Assembly (NCBI RefSeq): GCF_032118995.1 | Contig: NC_092661.1 | Location: 19,654,621-19,718,620, forward strand | Source: Asterias amurensis | Taxonomy: Eukaryota | Reading direction: 5' to 3' | Length of the DNA: 64,000 nt | Shown here: piece after piece, positions 25,584-37,549 of the stretch | Position numbering within the stretch: the stretch's first letter is position 1 | Layout of the letters: every line of letters starts with the position of its first letter | Position numbers and translations under genes: made by a program | The notes under the pieces: model-generated | Database searches by the model: none | Seen by the model: only the letters and a program-made list of their open reading frames with translations | Told to the model about the DNA's origin: nothing

Positions 25584-25815
25584 GATCTACTTGACTCGTT
25601 TTGCGCCTTTATCAAAATCCTCCTTGTTTAACCGATATCCCCAATGCTGCAACGTTTGCCTTACTACCGGTGAAACACCAAAGTTGTCAAAGGCATTCCC
25701 GCTGCGTACACACTTTGCAATAAGGTTGTTCCTCCAGCGACCTTTGAACCCAGCACATCTTGACCATCGACCTATCTGTCTTTCATCATCATCACTGCGT
25801 CTTCCCAGGTAGAAT
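25584..25815 (-). CDS. Conserved hypothetical protein, last exon (RFYLGRRSDDDERQIGRWSRCAGFKGRWRNNLIAKCVRSGNAFDNFGVSPVVRQTLQHWGYRLNKEDFDKGAKRVK*)
   Basis: Acceptor ttgacatccag|; continuous ORF to stop; phase-compatible with the upstream exon. Confidence 0.6.
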
Positions 25816-26124
25816 CTGGATGTCAATATGGACAGAAATGTTCAAGATGTTGTTTCTGAAAACTGCATCATTATGAGCATGAGTAAACTTTTCTTTCATT
25901 AATTCTGCTTCCCCACACTGTTATTTGTTCTTGTTCACTGTGATAAGACTGAGGTACAAAGGAATATAAAGCCTTCCTTTAAAAAATAGGAATGAACAAC
26001 AAGATCAAGAAACAAAACAATAGTACAAATTTGCGCCTTGTTGTGTAGGTTCCTATGTAGTTATTTCTATATCTATCTCCTTGATAGTTCTTTTTCCTTA
26101 CGAGGCATCTTTAGAATTCTTACC

Positions 26125-26254
26125 TGCAATACCATTGGAACCAGCCATAGGGGTCTTGTTTACGCATCCAACCACTGCTCTCCCACATGTTTAAGTCTCC
26201 TCCACACTTGACTTTATATGTGTTGACTTCTGTGTTATAAGTTGCTGCTGATAC
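26125..26254 (-). CDS. Conserved hypothetical protein, exon 4 (VSAATYNTEVNTYKVKCGGDLNMWESSGWMRKQDPYGWFQWYC)
   Basis: Acceptor cttgtgtag|, donor TTGCAG|gtaaga. Confidence 0.6.
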
Positions 26255-26803
26255 CTACACAAGATGGCCAACAATTCATTATTATCAGCTGAATGGCCGA
26301 CATAGTTTACCATAGATGAGGTCTTACATGGGGAATGACAGAAATATAAATTAATTGTATAATCCCTCACTATGCTCTTGCAGATGAGCACAAGAGTTAC
26401 TTTACTAATTTATAGACTGTGTAAGTCTTGCACATTGGGCCAAATTGAAGTCTACAACTTTGTTTCCTTCGCACAACTTAAGTATGCTGATAGCGGAGAT
26501 AACTAAATGTTCAAATACATGCAGGTCTTGCCTTGTATATAGGCTTGGTGCTGTTTTTAACTTCCCATTTACCACAACCCTGTCACCCTAATAATAATTA
26601 ATAAGACTTGTAATGCGCACATATCCACCATGCTGGGTGTTCAAGGCACAGTAAAAACCCTGCCTGTCTGTTACTGATCCTTGTTTCCTTATTTTCCACC
26701 ATTTACCCTTTGAGGAATACTGTGCTAGTGTCAAAAAGTGAGGTCATTAACAATGACTTTGTAAAATGTAACAAATTATTGACAATCATCGCTCTATAGA
26801 TAC

Positions 26804-26866
26804 CTTTTTTGCTATATTGATACCCTCCAGCCAGTCTTGAGGCAGTTCTTTCCATACTCCAGAGTA
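26804..26866 (-). CDS. Conserved hypothetical protein, exon 3 (GEKYSGVWKELPQDWLEGINIAKK)
   Basis: Acceptor ttatttattccag|, donor AAAAAAG|gtatct; phase-consistent. Confidence 0.55.
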
Positions 26867-27308
26867 CTTCTCACCTGGAATAAATAATAACCATGAAATA
26901 ATTATTAGAAAAATCAACGTGTGTAAGTGCAGAAGGTTGTATTTTGATTTTGCAAAAAAGTCATAACTTGTGCATAACGAAAGGGCTATTTTGGGAGACA
27001 ATGTCTTTGCCAGAGAATTTGACCGGAAACTTTAAATTGTTATCATTAATAGAAGAATTACTTCTGTGCTAAATGGAGACTTTATTTTGACCCTAGGTGG
27101 CAGCAGATTTAAATCCATTGTTCTTGAAAATCAACACAAGCTGAGATACTGTGTATGTCTCATCTGATGCCACCTCTTGTTCCAAAGTCTCTCATTACCT
27201 CCCATTTTACTGCTCCGAAAGCTTTATGGTTCCCATGATTAGAATTATCGCAAGAGCATAATTGGGGGGGGGGGGGCGGGTGGAATTACAAGCATCACAA
27301 CACCTTAC

Positions 27309-27500
27309 CTGTGACACCTGATTTGATGGGACGATAGTAAGTCCCACCAAAGCTACCTGCTTGCAGTATCTCTGCTGGCGTCATATTAGGGTAGATATCT
27401 GGGCAGTCTTCAAAGATGCATTCTCCCTTTTTGTTTCGTTTTGGCATGGGTGCTGTGTAACCTTCTCTCTGGCGTACCTCCTCCTCAAATGCCGTTGGTC
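27309..27500 (-). CDS. Conserved hypothetical protein, exon 2 (GPTAFEEEVRQREGYTAPMPKRNKKGECIFEDCPDIYPNMTPAEILQAGSFGGTYYRPIKSGVT)
   Basis: Weak acceptor cataaaag|, strong donor GTCACAG|gtaagg; phase 1 in and out. Confidence 0.55.
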
Positions 27501-27951
27501 CTTTTATGAGAATGGAAACTTATTTCAGTTTAATCGTGCATATTTGAAAAGAATGGAATGAGTCAATGAACATTAAGAGGTTTTAAAGACAGGTTCTGAA
27601 GATAAACTAAATTGAAAAAAGTATTTTAGCCCTTACATTTTATTTGAAATGCGTCGGACAAAAACCCTACAGATAGAGCTATGTGCGACAAATTGCTATT
27701 TAAAAACAAAATGTCTGCCATTTTTGTTTATGATAGGTTAAGAAATAGGAATAACTTCTGGATGAACTCTTTGCAAGATTTTAAGCCTGTTACAAGTTAC
27801 GCAAGTTTTAGAAGTGAAACAAGAATAGATAATACATACATACAGACCTGGAATTCAATCTTTGAAAGGGCAAAGCCATTTTCATTTTGAAAGGGCAAGG
27901 CCATTTTAATTTTGAACAGGGCACTCAACATATTTCTTTCCCTGATTTTAC

Positions 27952-28117
27952 CTGAAGTTGTCTTGGCTTCTTTCTTGGCTATTTCTGTGGGTTTCTTATC
28001 AGCATCTGATGTACTCTTCTTCGCCTTCTTCTTTGGTTCTTCATCTGATTTACCAGATGCTTTTCTCTTTGTTGATGTCTGCGCTGTATCTGTGGATTTC
28101 TTAGTGGGACGTCCCAT
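27952..28117 (-). CDS. Conserved hypothetical protein, exon 1 (MGRPTKKSTDTAQTSTKRKASGKSDEEPKKKAKKSTSDADKKPTEIAKKEAKTTS; Lys-rich, NLS-like). An alternative in-frame ATG lies at 28180
   Basis: ATG-initiated ORF, donor ACTTCAG|gtaaaa; about 640 bp from the divergent SEC63 start. Confidence 0.55.
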
Positions 28118-28760
28118 CCTGATTAGTCTACAAACCAGATCAGAGATCAAAGTTGGATCAGGAGTGCAGCTATATGACAAGCCCTGAAGTCAACCCCCAC
28201 CCCCCCCCCGGGCCCCCAACAATGCCTCATCCCATGAATCCTCCCATGAGGTTCGTTCCGCTATCGTCTCCACGAAAGAGCCTATGGGGCATACGACAAG
28301 CTGTGCTGCTTTGTTCAACCTTACCATGAAGCAATACTGCTTTATGCAACGGGAATGCAGAGCACCCTTCCTTTACTCTTCAACAAGGGGTCAGCATTCA
28401 GGCTCAGGCATCACAAATAATCACTACGAAAGTAATATGAGACTGACTTCTAAAACATTGAATAGTTTTAATGATGGATTTTCTTACAATGTAAGTTACA
28501 TGTTACTTTACCTGTTTATATTTCCCCGGACACAAATGTAGCTCAAACACATTCGTCTTTTTTTGAAAACTGCAGTTATGTAACTTCAAGTTTTACCGCG
28601 TACCAGACGGAAGAGGGCGCTGTTTACATCGACGTGTAATTATTCTTTTTACATTAGTACGAACGGTTAGTGCATGCCGTCTGCACCATTCTAGATGCAT
28701 GTGTACATACATGCAAAAGAAGTAACCGCACGTAAACCACCATTCCTACTTTACGCATCT
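28118..28760. promoter_or_regulatory. Probable bidirectional promoter between SEC63 (plus) and the conserved hypothetical gene (minus)
   Basis: Divergent ATGs about 640 bp apart; locally CpG-containing (…accgcgtaccagacggaagagggcgctg…cgacgtg…). Confidence 0.5.
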
Positions 28761-28891
28761 GTCGTGCAAGATGTCTGCCCAGTTTGAGTACGACGAATCG
28801 GGTGGCACTTCTCTCTATTTTCTTGTTTCTTTCTATGCCTTGTTTCTGTTCCCACTTACATATTACTTGTGGCCTTCTAAGCAAAAGAAAG
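28761..28891 (+). CDS. SEC63: SEC63 exon 1 (MSAQFEYDESGGTSLYFLVSFYALFLFPLTYYLWPSKQKK)
   Basis: Matches the vertebrate SEC63 N-terminus (MAGQQFQYDDSGNTFFYFLTSF…YYLWP); donor AAAG|gtgagt. Confidence 0.85.
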
Positions 28892-29926
28892 GTGAGTATG
28901 AAATGCGACTAATATAAGTGTTTTTTTTGGATGAAATATAAAAAATGGTGACAAGTGAAGTTTTATCTTACTACTGCCCAACTCTGGTCTGCTGCTGATT
29001 GGCATGACACTCTTCTCCGTCCATCTGGTATTCATAATCAACATAAATTGATTGAGAAACCATGCCAATTTCATGTGTGTTTTCTGCCAGAAACTGGCAA
29101 CCTGTCATTTAGTTATTGTTTAGGGCCTACTTTTAGTTTTTTTTTTTTAGTATAGTCATTTTATTTCTAGCCACACTTGTGTGGTCAAGGATAGCTGAAT
29201 CCAGCTGTCCTTGGTCTTGGCCACACAAGTGGGGCTAAATCATTTCTTGACATTTCATATTTAATATAAATAATTTTCATAAATACATAGTTCGATAACC
29301 AAATCTTCTAGGAAGAGCACGGATTTGATCTTCAATGGTGTAATTAATCAGTTAACACTACACATAAAGAAAATATTTTGAATAAATTACCAGAATTTTC
29401 ATGAACCTAACTATTAACCTAAACGCTAGTTGATGTTTTTTTAACTTCTCACTTGCAACATATCTATCAATCACTTCAGTGTAAGAAAACTAATTGACGA
29501 GAGCCACACCTACACAGTGGTTTATTTTATCCTGGTTGGTTGAGTTGAGATTTCGTTCAGAAATCTGAGGTTCAAAAAAATACTTTTGTGCGCATAAATT
29601 GATTTTATTATCGTCACTTTTTTTCCCGAAATTGTTTTTCTAACATAACAAATAAATCAATCAAATTTAAAATTCAAACAAGTTTAACAATATGAGGCAA
29701 AGGTTTATAGAAAATTTTGGTACTTTTTTTTTTGGGGGGGGGGATAATACCCCCACAACTATGCCTCTATTTGTGAGATTATTTTGCAATGAGATTGCAA
29801 AATTAGAAAGGTTAATTGTGGAGGCAGACAGTTCACTTGTGTCAAAGGTAATTGTATGACAAAAAACTAAAGAAACAACTTCAAGTTTAAAAAAAATGTA
29901 TGTAACGGAAATTAAAGAATTTCACT

Positions 29927-30300
29927 TAAAGCCATGTTACACTTTCGGTAAACAGTATTGTCCAAGTCCCACACTTCGTGTATCACAACTAATATATAAA
30001 ATGACAATCCTGTGGAAATTTAGGCTCAATCGGACATCGGAGTCGGGAGAAAATAACGGGAAAACCCACTCCTGTTTTCGCGCGCTTCGCGATGTTATGA
30101 CATGTGTTTATAACAAATCCGTAATTCTCGCTAACGAGAATTTATATTGTTTTACCGTTTTCTCAAAAAGTAAAGCATTTCATGGACTAATATTTCAAGA
30201 GAAGTCTTTCACCATTACCTTCTGTAAACCCTGTAAATTATTTGTAAATCTGTGAACTTTTTTTTTTTTTTCCTGTACCGAAAGGGTCCAATGGCTTTAA
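29927..30300. mobile_element. MITE copy B of the same family (TIR …ccgaaagggtccaatggctttaaag)
   Basis: Aligns along its length with 1022..1399; sits in SEC63 intron 1. Confidence 0.7.
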
Positions 30301-30731
30301 AGTTCAACAAGTTAGCCTAAATGCACCATATAGCAAATCTTTTCAACACAAAAGGACCACAATATGTAGTTTGGTTAGACGGTTACACATTTGTGAGTTC
30401 AATGAACAATCATGGTGTTTTGAGAGCAACTATCTATATGCTGAATCTGTCAATGATTAGTCTGAAGTTTTATTTTATACATAATCTACATGTAGTATAA
30501 GGGAACAAAAACTAAGGACAAAGGAACATCAATCATGGTTCATCAGGCAATTTTTACTCTGAAGTCTGTACTTGATGTGATGGGTTGCATGCTGCTAGGA
30601 GCTGTCAATATAGATGGACTCTATTATATCAAAAGTGGTAGAAGGAATATGGAAAATAACGGATAACTATTAACATTGTTTGTTTGTAAACTGTTCAATG
30701 ATTGTTAATGCTATTTTTTGTTTTTCATCAG

Positions 30732-30837
30732 ATGATCCAGAGAAGCTCAAGAAACAATGCCAATGTCATCCCTGCCTGGTCAAGAAAGCCAAACTCCAGG
30801 CAAAGAAACCCACTCAGAAACTTCGACATCTTCTGAA
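30732..30837 (+). CDS. SEC63: SEC63 exon 2 (DDPEKLKKQCQCHPCLVKKAKLQAKKPTQKLRHLLK)
   Basis: Acceptor tttttcatcag|, donor CTGAA|gtaagt; phase-consistent. Confidence 0.7.
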
Positions 30838-31059
30838 GTAAGTTGCATTGATGTCAAGTATTGTGTTAAAATCAAGCAGCTGGCATAGACATATCTATGG
30901 TAACGACCCTGTTTATTGAAATTTCAATAATTTGTTGGATTATCTGGCATTTTATGTTTGCATTTAGACTATTTTGTTCTTAGTAAAATTACATGTGCTT
31001 GATTACCATGAACATAAAATTAAGTTAAGTTTGAACTAAGTTTTTTTCCATTCCTGTAG

Positions 31060-31179
31060 GTGGGGTTTGTTATTTGGCGCTTGGGTATTGTTCATATATC
31101 TTGCAGTCCGGGCATCTCAAGTGGAACGAGATCATGTGGAATATGATCCATATGACATCTTGGAACTCGACCGAGTAAG
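31060..31179 (+). CDS. SEC63: SEC63 exon 3 (TM2 WGLLFGAWVLFIYLAVRASQVERDHVEYDPYDILELDR)
   Basis: Acceptor ttccattcctgtag|, donor GACCGA|gtaagt; matches vertebrate …EYQEYNPYEVLNLD. Confidence 0.8.
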
Positions 31180-31999
31180 TTTTCTCAATTATCAAAATTA
31201 CTCATGACTATTTATGACTCGTCGTTATTATATTTATATGTAGTATGTATTAACACTTCCTTGAAAAAATGTCTGTTTCATTGTTACAGACCTTTTGGCA
31301 AGTACCCATTTGGCATGCCCTAACTGTTGGATGAGAATTGTGCTTGTCTAGTTAGCGATCAAACTTGATCGCTGGCTAAACCAGCATGCACCTCATTCCA
31401 TGCCTATTATGCGCGTACCGAGTATTTGCGATGGATGACAGAATTGCGAAGGCTACCAATAAGAACAAATATTCCTGTCTGTATCGTGTAACTGGACTTT
31501 TGAATTGTGGGTGACACCTTCCCTTTCAGCCTTATCAATGAGTTTCATATCTAGAGTTCTCTCTATGCTTATCAAACCATTATGCACACGTTACGCCAAG
31601 CTAATGACCTTAGTTTCAATCCTTTGAATCCTAAGTCGTTAATCCTTAAATAATGTTAAAGAAAGGTGTATTTATCTTTGTAAGTATCTACTGTTTGAAT
31701 GGGTCAATGGAGATAACTGTTAACCCTCCTATAGGTTTATACACCAAGAAGCCTCAAAATCTCCCACATGGTACACACCAAGCAGTGATTTAACTCTTAT
31801 ACTTTCCTGTCATTGTGTTTGCATGTGATCCATCAGTACCACAGATTGCCACTGCAGAAACTGACTGAGGTTGAGAACCTTATCTCTTCCAATAGTTGCC
31901 CCCAATTCCATTGCAGTTGTGCACGGCTCATGGCTTCTCCAATTTAACACTCTCAATGAAGAACCTTGAGCAGTAGCTTTACTCTGTGTGCCTTATAGG

Positions 32000-32575
32000 C
32001 CTGGGCGAATTATTCGAATATCCGGTTAATGGCGAATAGGTTTTCCTATCTGTAACCACGAATGCCTTTTTTTCTTAACCGTATATCCGTATAGGGCGCG
32101 AATACCTATTTATAAACCAGATAGTTCTGTAATTACAACCAAGTAACCGGATATTCTTTAATATCCGAATATCCGCGGATGCCGGGCGACAACTGATATG
32201 AATGTTTTATCTGAATCCTTATGAAACTTCTATTAAGACAGCATAAAACAGCATAAATTAAGTATTTAACTATGCTCACCTCTGTGAAGAGTTAAAACAA
32301 TGACATTTCCGACGTATTTTGTTCAAAGATTACAAAAGTTTTTCCTTCACGTAGAGTCAATCACGATCAAAAGAAAAAATCGCCATCTTTAAATTAGATC
32401 CGGTCATTTTTATGAATGAACCGAGTGACACTGTCTAAAACTAATAATATATATATATTTTTTTTAATAGCGCCCTCTAGCGGCGAAAAAAACTATTCGA
32501 ATATCCAGTTAATTTCGGATAGTTGGCCAGCGGTATCCGAATAACAAAATTTCACTATTCGCCCAGAACTAGTGC
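32000..32575. mobile_element. Non-autonomous DNA element with TIR ggcctgggcgaat…attcgcccagaac and internal cgaatatccg reiterations
   Basis: Inverted termini read from the sequence; SEC63 intron 3. Confidence 0.5.
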
Positions 32576-32665
32576 CTTAAAATGCCACTGTTGTGCCATA
32601 ATGAGGTATGGGTTGGTATGGATAGTAGGATGGTTTTAATCCAGATGTATTTCTCTTCTATTCAG

Positions 32666-32777
32666 GGGGTAACACAAGCAGAGATTAAGAGGAAGTACCG
32701 TCTCCTGACTAAGACCAAACATCCTGATAAAGGAGGAGATCCAGTGGAGTTTATGAGAATAGCCAAGGCATACGCAG
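32666..32777 (+). CDS. SEC63: SEC63 exon 4, J-domain core (GVTQAEIKRKYRLLTKTKHPDKGGDPVEFMRIAKAYAA)
   Basis: HPD motif; near-identical to vertebrate SEC63 AEIKKQYRLLSLKYHPDKGGDEVMFMRIAKAYAA. Confidence 0.9.
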
Positions 32778-33295
32778 CGTAAGATACTTTCAGCTTTCTG
32801 TCATGACGTATTTATCTAAACTGTGAGAAAACTATTGTGTGATGATGTTTGGAGAAATGTTAGCCACAGTGTTTTGAGATGACCAGTTAAGGATTAAGCA
32901 TAACTTATGTAGACCATTTATTATGTGTGATATAGTGCACAGGTTCAATGTAACGAAGGTTTTTCAAGAAGGTGTTATATCCAGCATGTCTGAGTTGAAA
33001 CCATCAGTGTTGCATAATTAAGTACGTCAGTCTAAGTACACAGCTTAGTAGTTTAATTATTAACTGATTAACTTATTTACTAGTCTCACTCAAGTATAGC
33101 CCTCGTCATTGCCCAAGCTCTCTGTATCAACTGTCATGTTTTGAAAGGATCAAAAGTGACACTTCTCTGTTTTCTAACATGACTAGTCTGTTCATGCAAC
33201 AAACCTATTTTATTTGATATTTATTTTGCTTAGGCTTTCGCTATGGCAGTATGGGCAACTCATCTTCGAATGACTGGTAGTGGTTTTTTATCACC

Positions 33296-33466
33296 AAAAC
33301 CAGGGGTTGATTTCACAAAGAGTTAGGACTAGTCTTATCTCAAGTTAGGACGAGTTACTAGTCCTAACTTAGGACTAGCTGTACGTTTTTGATATCTCTT
33401 AGGACTGGTCCTAAGTTAGGACCAGTCCTAACTCTTTGTGAAATCGACCCCAGACCTTTAAACTTG
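33296..33466. mobile_element. Small palindromic MITE (TIR ggggttgatttcacaaagagttaggact…)
   Basis: Near-perfect inverted halves; shares the GGGG(T/C)CGATTTCA terminus with the elements at 44748, 61440 and 63768. Confidence 0.6.
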
Positions 33467-33503
33467 CCATAATTGTAACATAATTTCATCCTCCTTGATG
33501 TAG

Positions 33504-33565
33504 ATTAACAGATGATGAATCAAGAGAAAACTGGGAGAAGTATGGCAATCCTGATGGCCCTACAG
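33504..33565 (+). CDS. SEC63: SEC63 exon 5 (LTDDESRENWEKYGNPDGPT)
   Basis: Matches LTDEESRKNWEEFGNPDGPQ; acceptor cttgatgtag|, donor TACAG|gtgagt. Confidence 0.85.
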
Positions 33566-34047
33566 GTGAGTGCAACTAGACTAGTTTATCCAGTCCATTT
33601 AACTTTCCACCCTCGTAAGTTCTTATACAAAGCGCTTCTTACTTTATTGATGGGGTTAAGTTTGAATGATGAGAATTGTGAGACCAGTCTATAAAGCACT
33701 TTGAAAGGGTTTATAAGGTGATGTGGTTGCAATCTACCACCAACCATGCAACAAATCAAGTGTACTGGGTTCTTTTACATGCATTACAGAAGAGATGCAG
33801 AGGACTTATGGTTAGATGTCAATGACACAAGTATCTTAGCCAGGACCTGAACCCACACTCTGACAAGACCAGAACTGAAGTTCATTTTCTTTTGATTTGC
33901 CACTCCATATTCTTCACCATATATCTGTCTTCAAGTGTAGGCAAAGTAAAATGTATCTTCATCACCATTTTAGTAATTGTGTTATACACTGTTGACCATA
34001 TACTTTCTGTTTGTGTCTTATATAAGCGTTTTATCTTTTGATTTCAG

Positions 34048-34106
34048 CTACCAGTTTTGGAATTGCTTTGCCAGCATGGGTTGTGGATCAAAATAACTCC
34101 ATTCTG
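34048..34106 (+). CDS. SEC63: SEC63 exon 6 (ATSFGIALPAWVVDQNNSIL)
   Basis: Near-identical to vertebrate ATSFGIALPAWIVDQKNSIL. Confidence 0.85.
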
Positions 34107-34489
34107 GTAATGTAGTCACAAGCCTTATTTATTTATAATTCAGTGTTATGTTAAGGGAAATTGATTTCAGACACTCTGCATTTATACCAGCATTGTTACC
34201 TTCAATTTGTGTGATTGGGTAAGAACTACATCTGAACTGTGGACATGAGAACAAATGAAGTCCACATAAGGATAGGTTTTGAAACACTATGTATAAAATA
34301 TTAAGTTTTCTACCTTGTAAAAAATGCTTTTCTTTTTTGTTACTTCTTTAAATGTAATTTTGGGGCAATATTCTGTTTGCAAAGAATATGATCTTTCTTC
34401 AGTGTAAAAAAGAACGGAATGTCCACAAAGTGACTGCAACACAGAGCTGTATGTTCTAATATAACTTGTTTTTCTTCTTTGGATATTAG

Positions 34490-34540
34490 GTACTTGGTGC
34501 ATATGGATTAGCGATAATGGTTATCTTACCCATTGCTGTG
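34490..34540 (+). CDS. SEC63: SEC63 exon 7 (VLGAYGLAIMVILPIAV)
   Basis: Acceptor ggatattag|, donor GCTGTG|gtgagt. Confidence 0.8.
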
Positions 34541-34705
34541 GTGAGTTTTAATTCATAAATCTTCTAACATTTTTATTAAGGTTCAAGCTGAGGTAGTTTG
34601 TCTAAATATTTAGTGAGACAAAATGTGTTGAGTTTTCACCCTCAAGCTGGATCCAATCTTGAATCTTTGTTGATGTTTGTATGTCTGATATACACTTTCT
34701 TCCAG

Positions 34706-34814
34706 GGTACATGGTGGTATCGCTCTATTCGTTACAGTGCAGTTGAAGTACTTCTTGATACATCTCAACTCTTTCTTCACTTCATCTACAAGACACCATG
34801 CTTGAATCTTAAAA
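34706..34814 (+). CDS. SEC63: SEC63 exon 8 (GTWWYRSIRYSAVEVLLDTSQLFLHFIYKTPCLNLK)
   Basis: Matches vertebrate GSWWYRSIRYSGDQILIRTTQIYTYFVYKT. Confidence 0.85.
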
Positions 34815-35364
34815 GTAAGCTGTATTTCTACAAATATAACATGGTTTGAGGATGAACAATTGGTATCAGCTCCTTGAGGTATTGGAAGATGACAAACTAA
34901 TCTGTCAACTTCCTATACCCATGAGGAGAGCTTATATCGATTGTCCACCTGAATTGAACCCTGATGTTTTCTTTTATTGTAGTGCATCTTTATTGTCCAC
35001 TATTTTCTCTAGCAGATTGACGTTTAGAAGTAATGCGATGCATCTTTTTATTTGTACTTGGCTGGCTAGGGCAGAAAGTGCGCTCATAGTAGAATGTTGT
35101 TCGTGCATCCCATAGGACAGTATTGTTTGTTTCTGCTTTAGTGTATGTGTGTTTTCTTTGTTCATGAATATGCGTGCCAAGCTTGGTAAACAGCTCAAAT
35201 AGCATCTGGCCTGTGATGGTGAATGGCCTAGTTAGAATTCAACTCTTGATCATGAATATATATGAGCTATAGTTATTTTGATCTGTCATTGTTTGATTTT
35301 AAATGGATTTTCCCTTTTGATAATGCCTTGTTGTATGACTTGAGTTGTCTGTATTTTTCTTCAG

Positions 35365-35459
35365 GAGCTTTGATGATATTATCAGGATCTTTTGAGTTTG
35401 AGGAGAAGCATAACAGTGAGATTGTGCTTCGGCCGAGTGACAATGAAGAACTTCCTCCG
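35365..35459 (+). CDS. SEC63: SEC63 exon 9 (ALMILSGSFEFEEKHNSEIVLRPSDNEELPP)
   Basis: Acceptor tttttcttcag|, donor CCTCCG|gtaagc. Confidence 0.75.
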
Positions 35460-35689
35460 GTAAGCGCTTACAATTCCATCTAACCCAAACTCACACAGTC
35501 TTATGTTGAATGACAATTTTATTCTCCAGTTTGTAGCATTTAAAAGCTTTAAGAGAGAAGACTTGAGTGAATTTATGGTCCTTAATGTTTCTGTTGTCAT
35601 TTCTTCAAGGGTATCGTCTACTAAGCACTGTCCTTCATAAGGCTTGTGAGTTTAGCATACCTCTGATACAATAGATTGTAGTTATACTA

Positions 35690-36760
35690 CATATCTATTA
35701 ACCCTCCTTGTGCTGTTTGTCCTTTCAATGTCATTCACTGTGGTTTGGAATGATAGATGAAGTAGAAGTAGGTCTTCCTGCAATATGATATCATGTCCAT
35801 TGTCCACAAAGCTCTAAATGGCAAGGCTCCCCACTATATTTCTGAACTGCTTCAAGTTTACACTCCATCAAGGAATCTTCGATCAAGTTCCATGCTTCTC
35901 CTCATTGAACCCAAGTCTCGACACTCATGGGGTGACAGGTCTTTTTCTTCAGCCGCCCCACGCATCTGGAACTCTCTACCACTTAATCTTCGATCTTGTG
36001 TTAGTACCGCAAAATTCAAGTCTCTTCTCAAAACTTATCTTATGTCACAGGTTTTCAATGACTAATTTTGTTGTGTCTGTTTTTCTTTGTGTTGTGTTTT
36101 GTTTTTGTTTTGTTTTTGGTTTTTACTGCGCCTTGAACACCCAGCAGGGTGGATATGTGCGCATTACAAGTCTTATTATTATTATTATTATGTATTGAAT
36201 GTATCAATGCAGTACATAGTCAACCCTCCTACTGTCTGATCATTAAATGTCATCCACTGTGGTTTGGAATGATGGATGAAGTATGTCTTCCTGCAATATG
36301 ATATGTGTTGAATGTATCAATGCAGCACATAGTCAACCCTCCTACTGTCTGATCACTAAATGTCATCCACTGTGGTTTGGAATGATAGCTGAAGTATGTC
36401 TTCTTGCAATATGATATCATGTGTTGAATGTATCAATGCAGTACATAGTCAACCCTCCTACTGTCTGATCATTAAATGTCATCCACTGTGGTTTGGAATG
36501 ATAGATGAAGTATGTCTTCCTGCAATATGATATGTGTTGAATGTATCAATGCAGCACATAGTCAACCCTCCTACTGTCTGATCACTAAATGTCATCCACT
36601 GTGGTTTGGAATGATAGCTGAAGTATGTCTTCTTGCAATATGATATCATGTGTTGAATGTATCAATGCAGCACATAGTCAACCCTCCTACATTTCAACCA
36701 CTAAATGTCATCCACTGTGGTTTTGAATGATAAATAAACTGTATAAGCCTGGTATATGAT
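35690..36760. repeat. Tandem repeat, ~120-bp unit ×~5 (…gtcaaccctcctactgtctgatcattaaatgtcatccactgtggtttggaatgatagatgaagtatgtcttcctgcaatatgatat…)
   Basis: Direct periodicity; SEC63 intron 9; interrupted by the SINE insertion. Confidence 0.85.
35793..36200 (+). mobile_element. SINE-like element with an (ATT)n tail, inserted into a 120-bp tandem-repeat unit
   Basis: Carries the widely dispersed pseudo-ORF motif …PSRNLRSS…GDRSFSSAAPRIWNSLP…FKSLLKTYL typical of Deu/CORE-type SINEs; interrupts a repeat unit between …gatatcatgt and gttgaatgtatc…. Confidence 0.55.
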
Positions 36761-37031
36761 GTGGTGAATGTATATCTATACAGCACACTGTCAACCCTCC
36801 TACTGTAATGCAATGTTTTGTAAGGCGCATAAACTAGACCACTCTGCAATATGATATGTACACAGTTAGTTCCATGCCTAGTTGTGCCACCATACACAAC
36901 CCTTGCTGCTGAATGGTTTTAAATGGTGGGTCAACTTAGTGGAAATGTTACACAGAGTAGGAGAGTTTTAATTTGAGATGACTTGACTATAAGGATGTAC
37001 ATGACATAACTGTTTTGTGATGTGTGTTTAG

Positions 37032-37170
37032 CTGATGCGTGAATTTGACAGCGAGTATGGGAAGAAGAGTAAGGAGAAACCCTTTGTGTATCCATACAGC
37101 CGTAAAGCAAGGATTCTTCTCTATGCTCACTTAGCTAGGACTGAACTCCCACTAGAAACTCTGGATGTTG
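37032..37170 (+). CDS. SEC63: SEC63 exon 10 (LMREFDSEYGKKSKEKPFVYPYSRKARILLYAHLARTELPLETLDV)
   Basis: Matches vertebrate …CPYSLKARVLLLSHLARMKIPETLE. Confidence 0.8.
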
Positions 37171-37456
37171 GTAAGTCACCTCAAATCAAACTTTGATAAT
37201 GCACCTATTTGTAACTTATTCACAACTTGAATGATGCTTGTGGCACCTAAACATTATTACTCCTTTCATTCAGCCATTTGAAGAACTGAAACTCACACTT
37301 ACCACATGTAGTTTATTGTCTAGCTGTTTTACTAATTGATTAAATTACCATAAATGAACTTGGACATGGCTTGTGACATCTACGTTACAACCTTCTTGCT
37401 TACAACACTGTTAGTGTGAACATCTTACCCTAATGTTTTGCTTTGATTGGTTACAG

Positions 37457-37549
37457 ACAAGAAGTACATCGTCAGCAAATGTCCGCAGTTGATTCAAGAA
37501 ATGATCAATACTGCCTCTCAGCTTGTCACATGGAAAAACTATGGCAGAG
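37457..37549 (+). CDS. SEC63: SEC63 exon 11 (DKKYIVSKCPQLIQEMINTASQLVTWKNYGR)
   Basis: Matches DQQFMLKKCPALLQEMVNVICQLI. Confidence 0.8.

Noticed and set aside
35793-36198. ORFs 35793..36065 / 35818..36198 as protein-coding
   Set aside because: Characteristic SINE-derived pseudo-ORF (…GDRSFSSAAPRIWNSLP…) ending in an (ATT)n tail and inserted into a tandem repeat.
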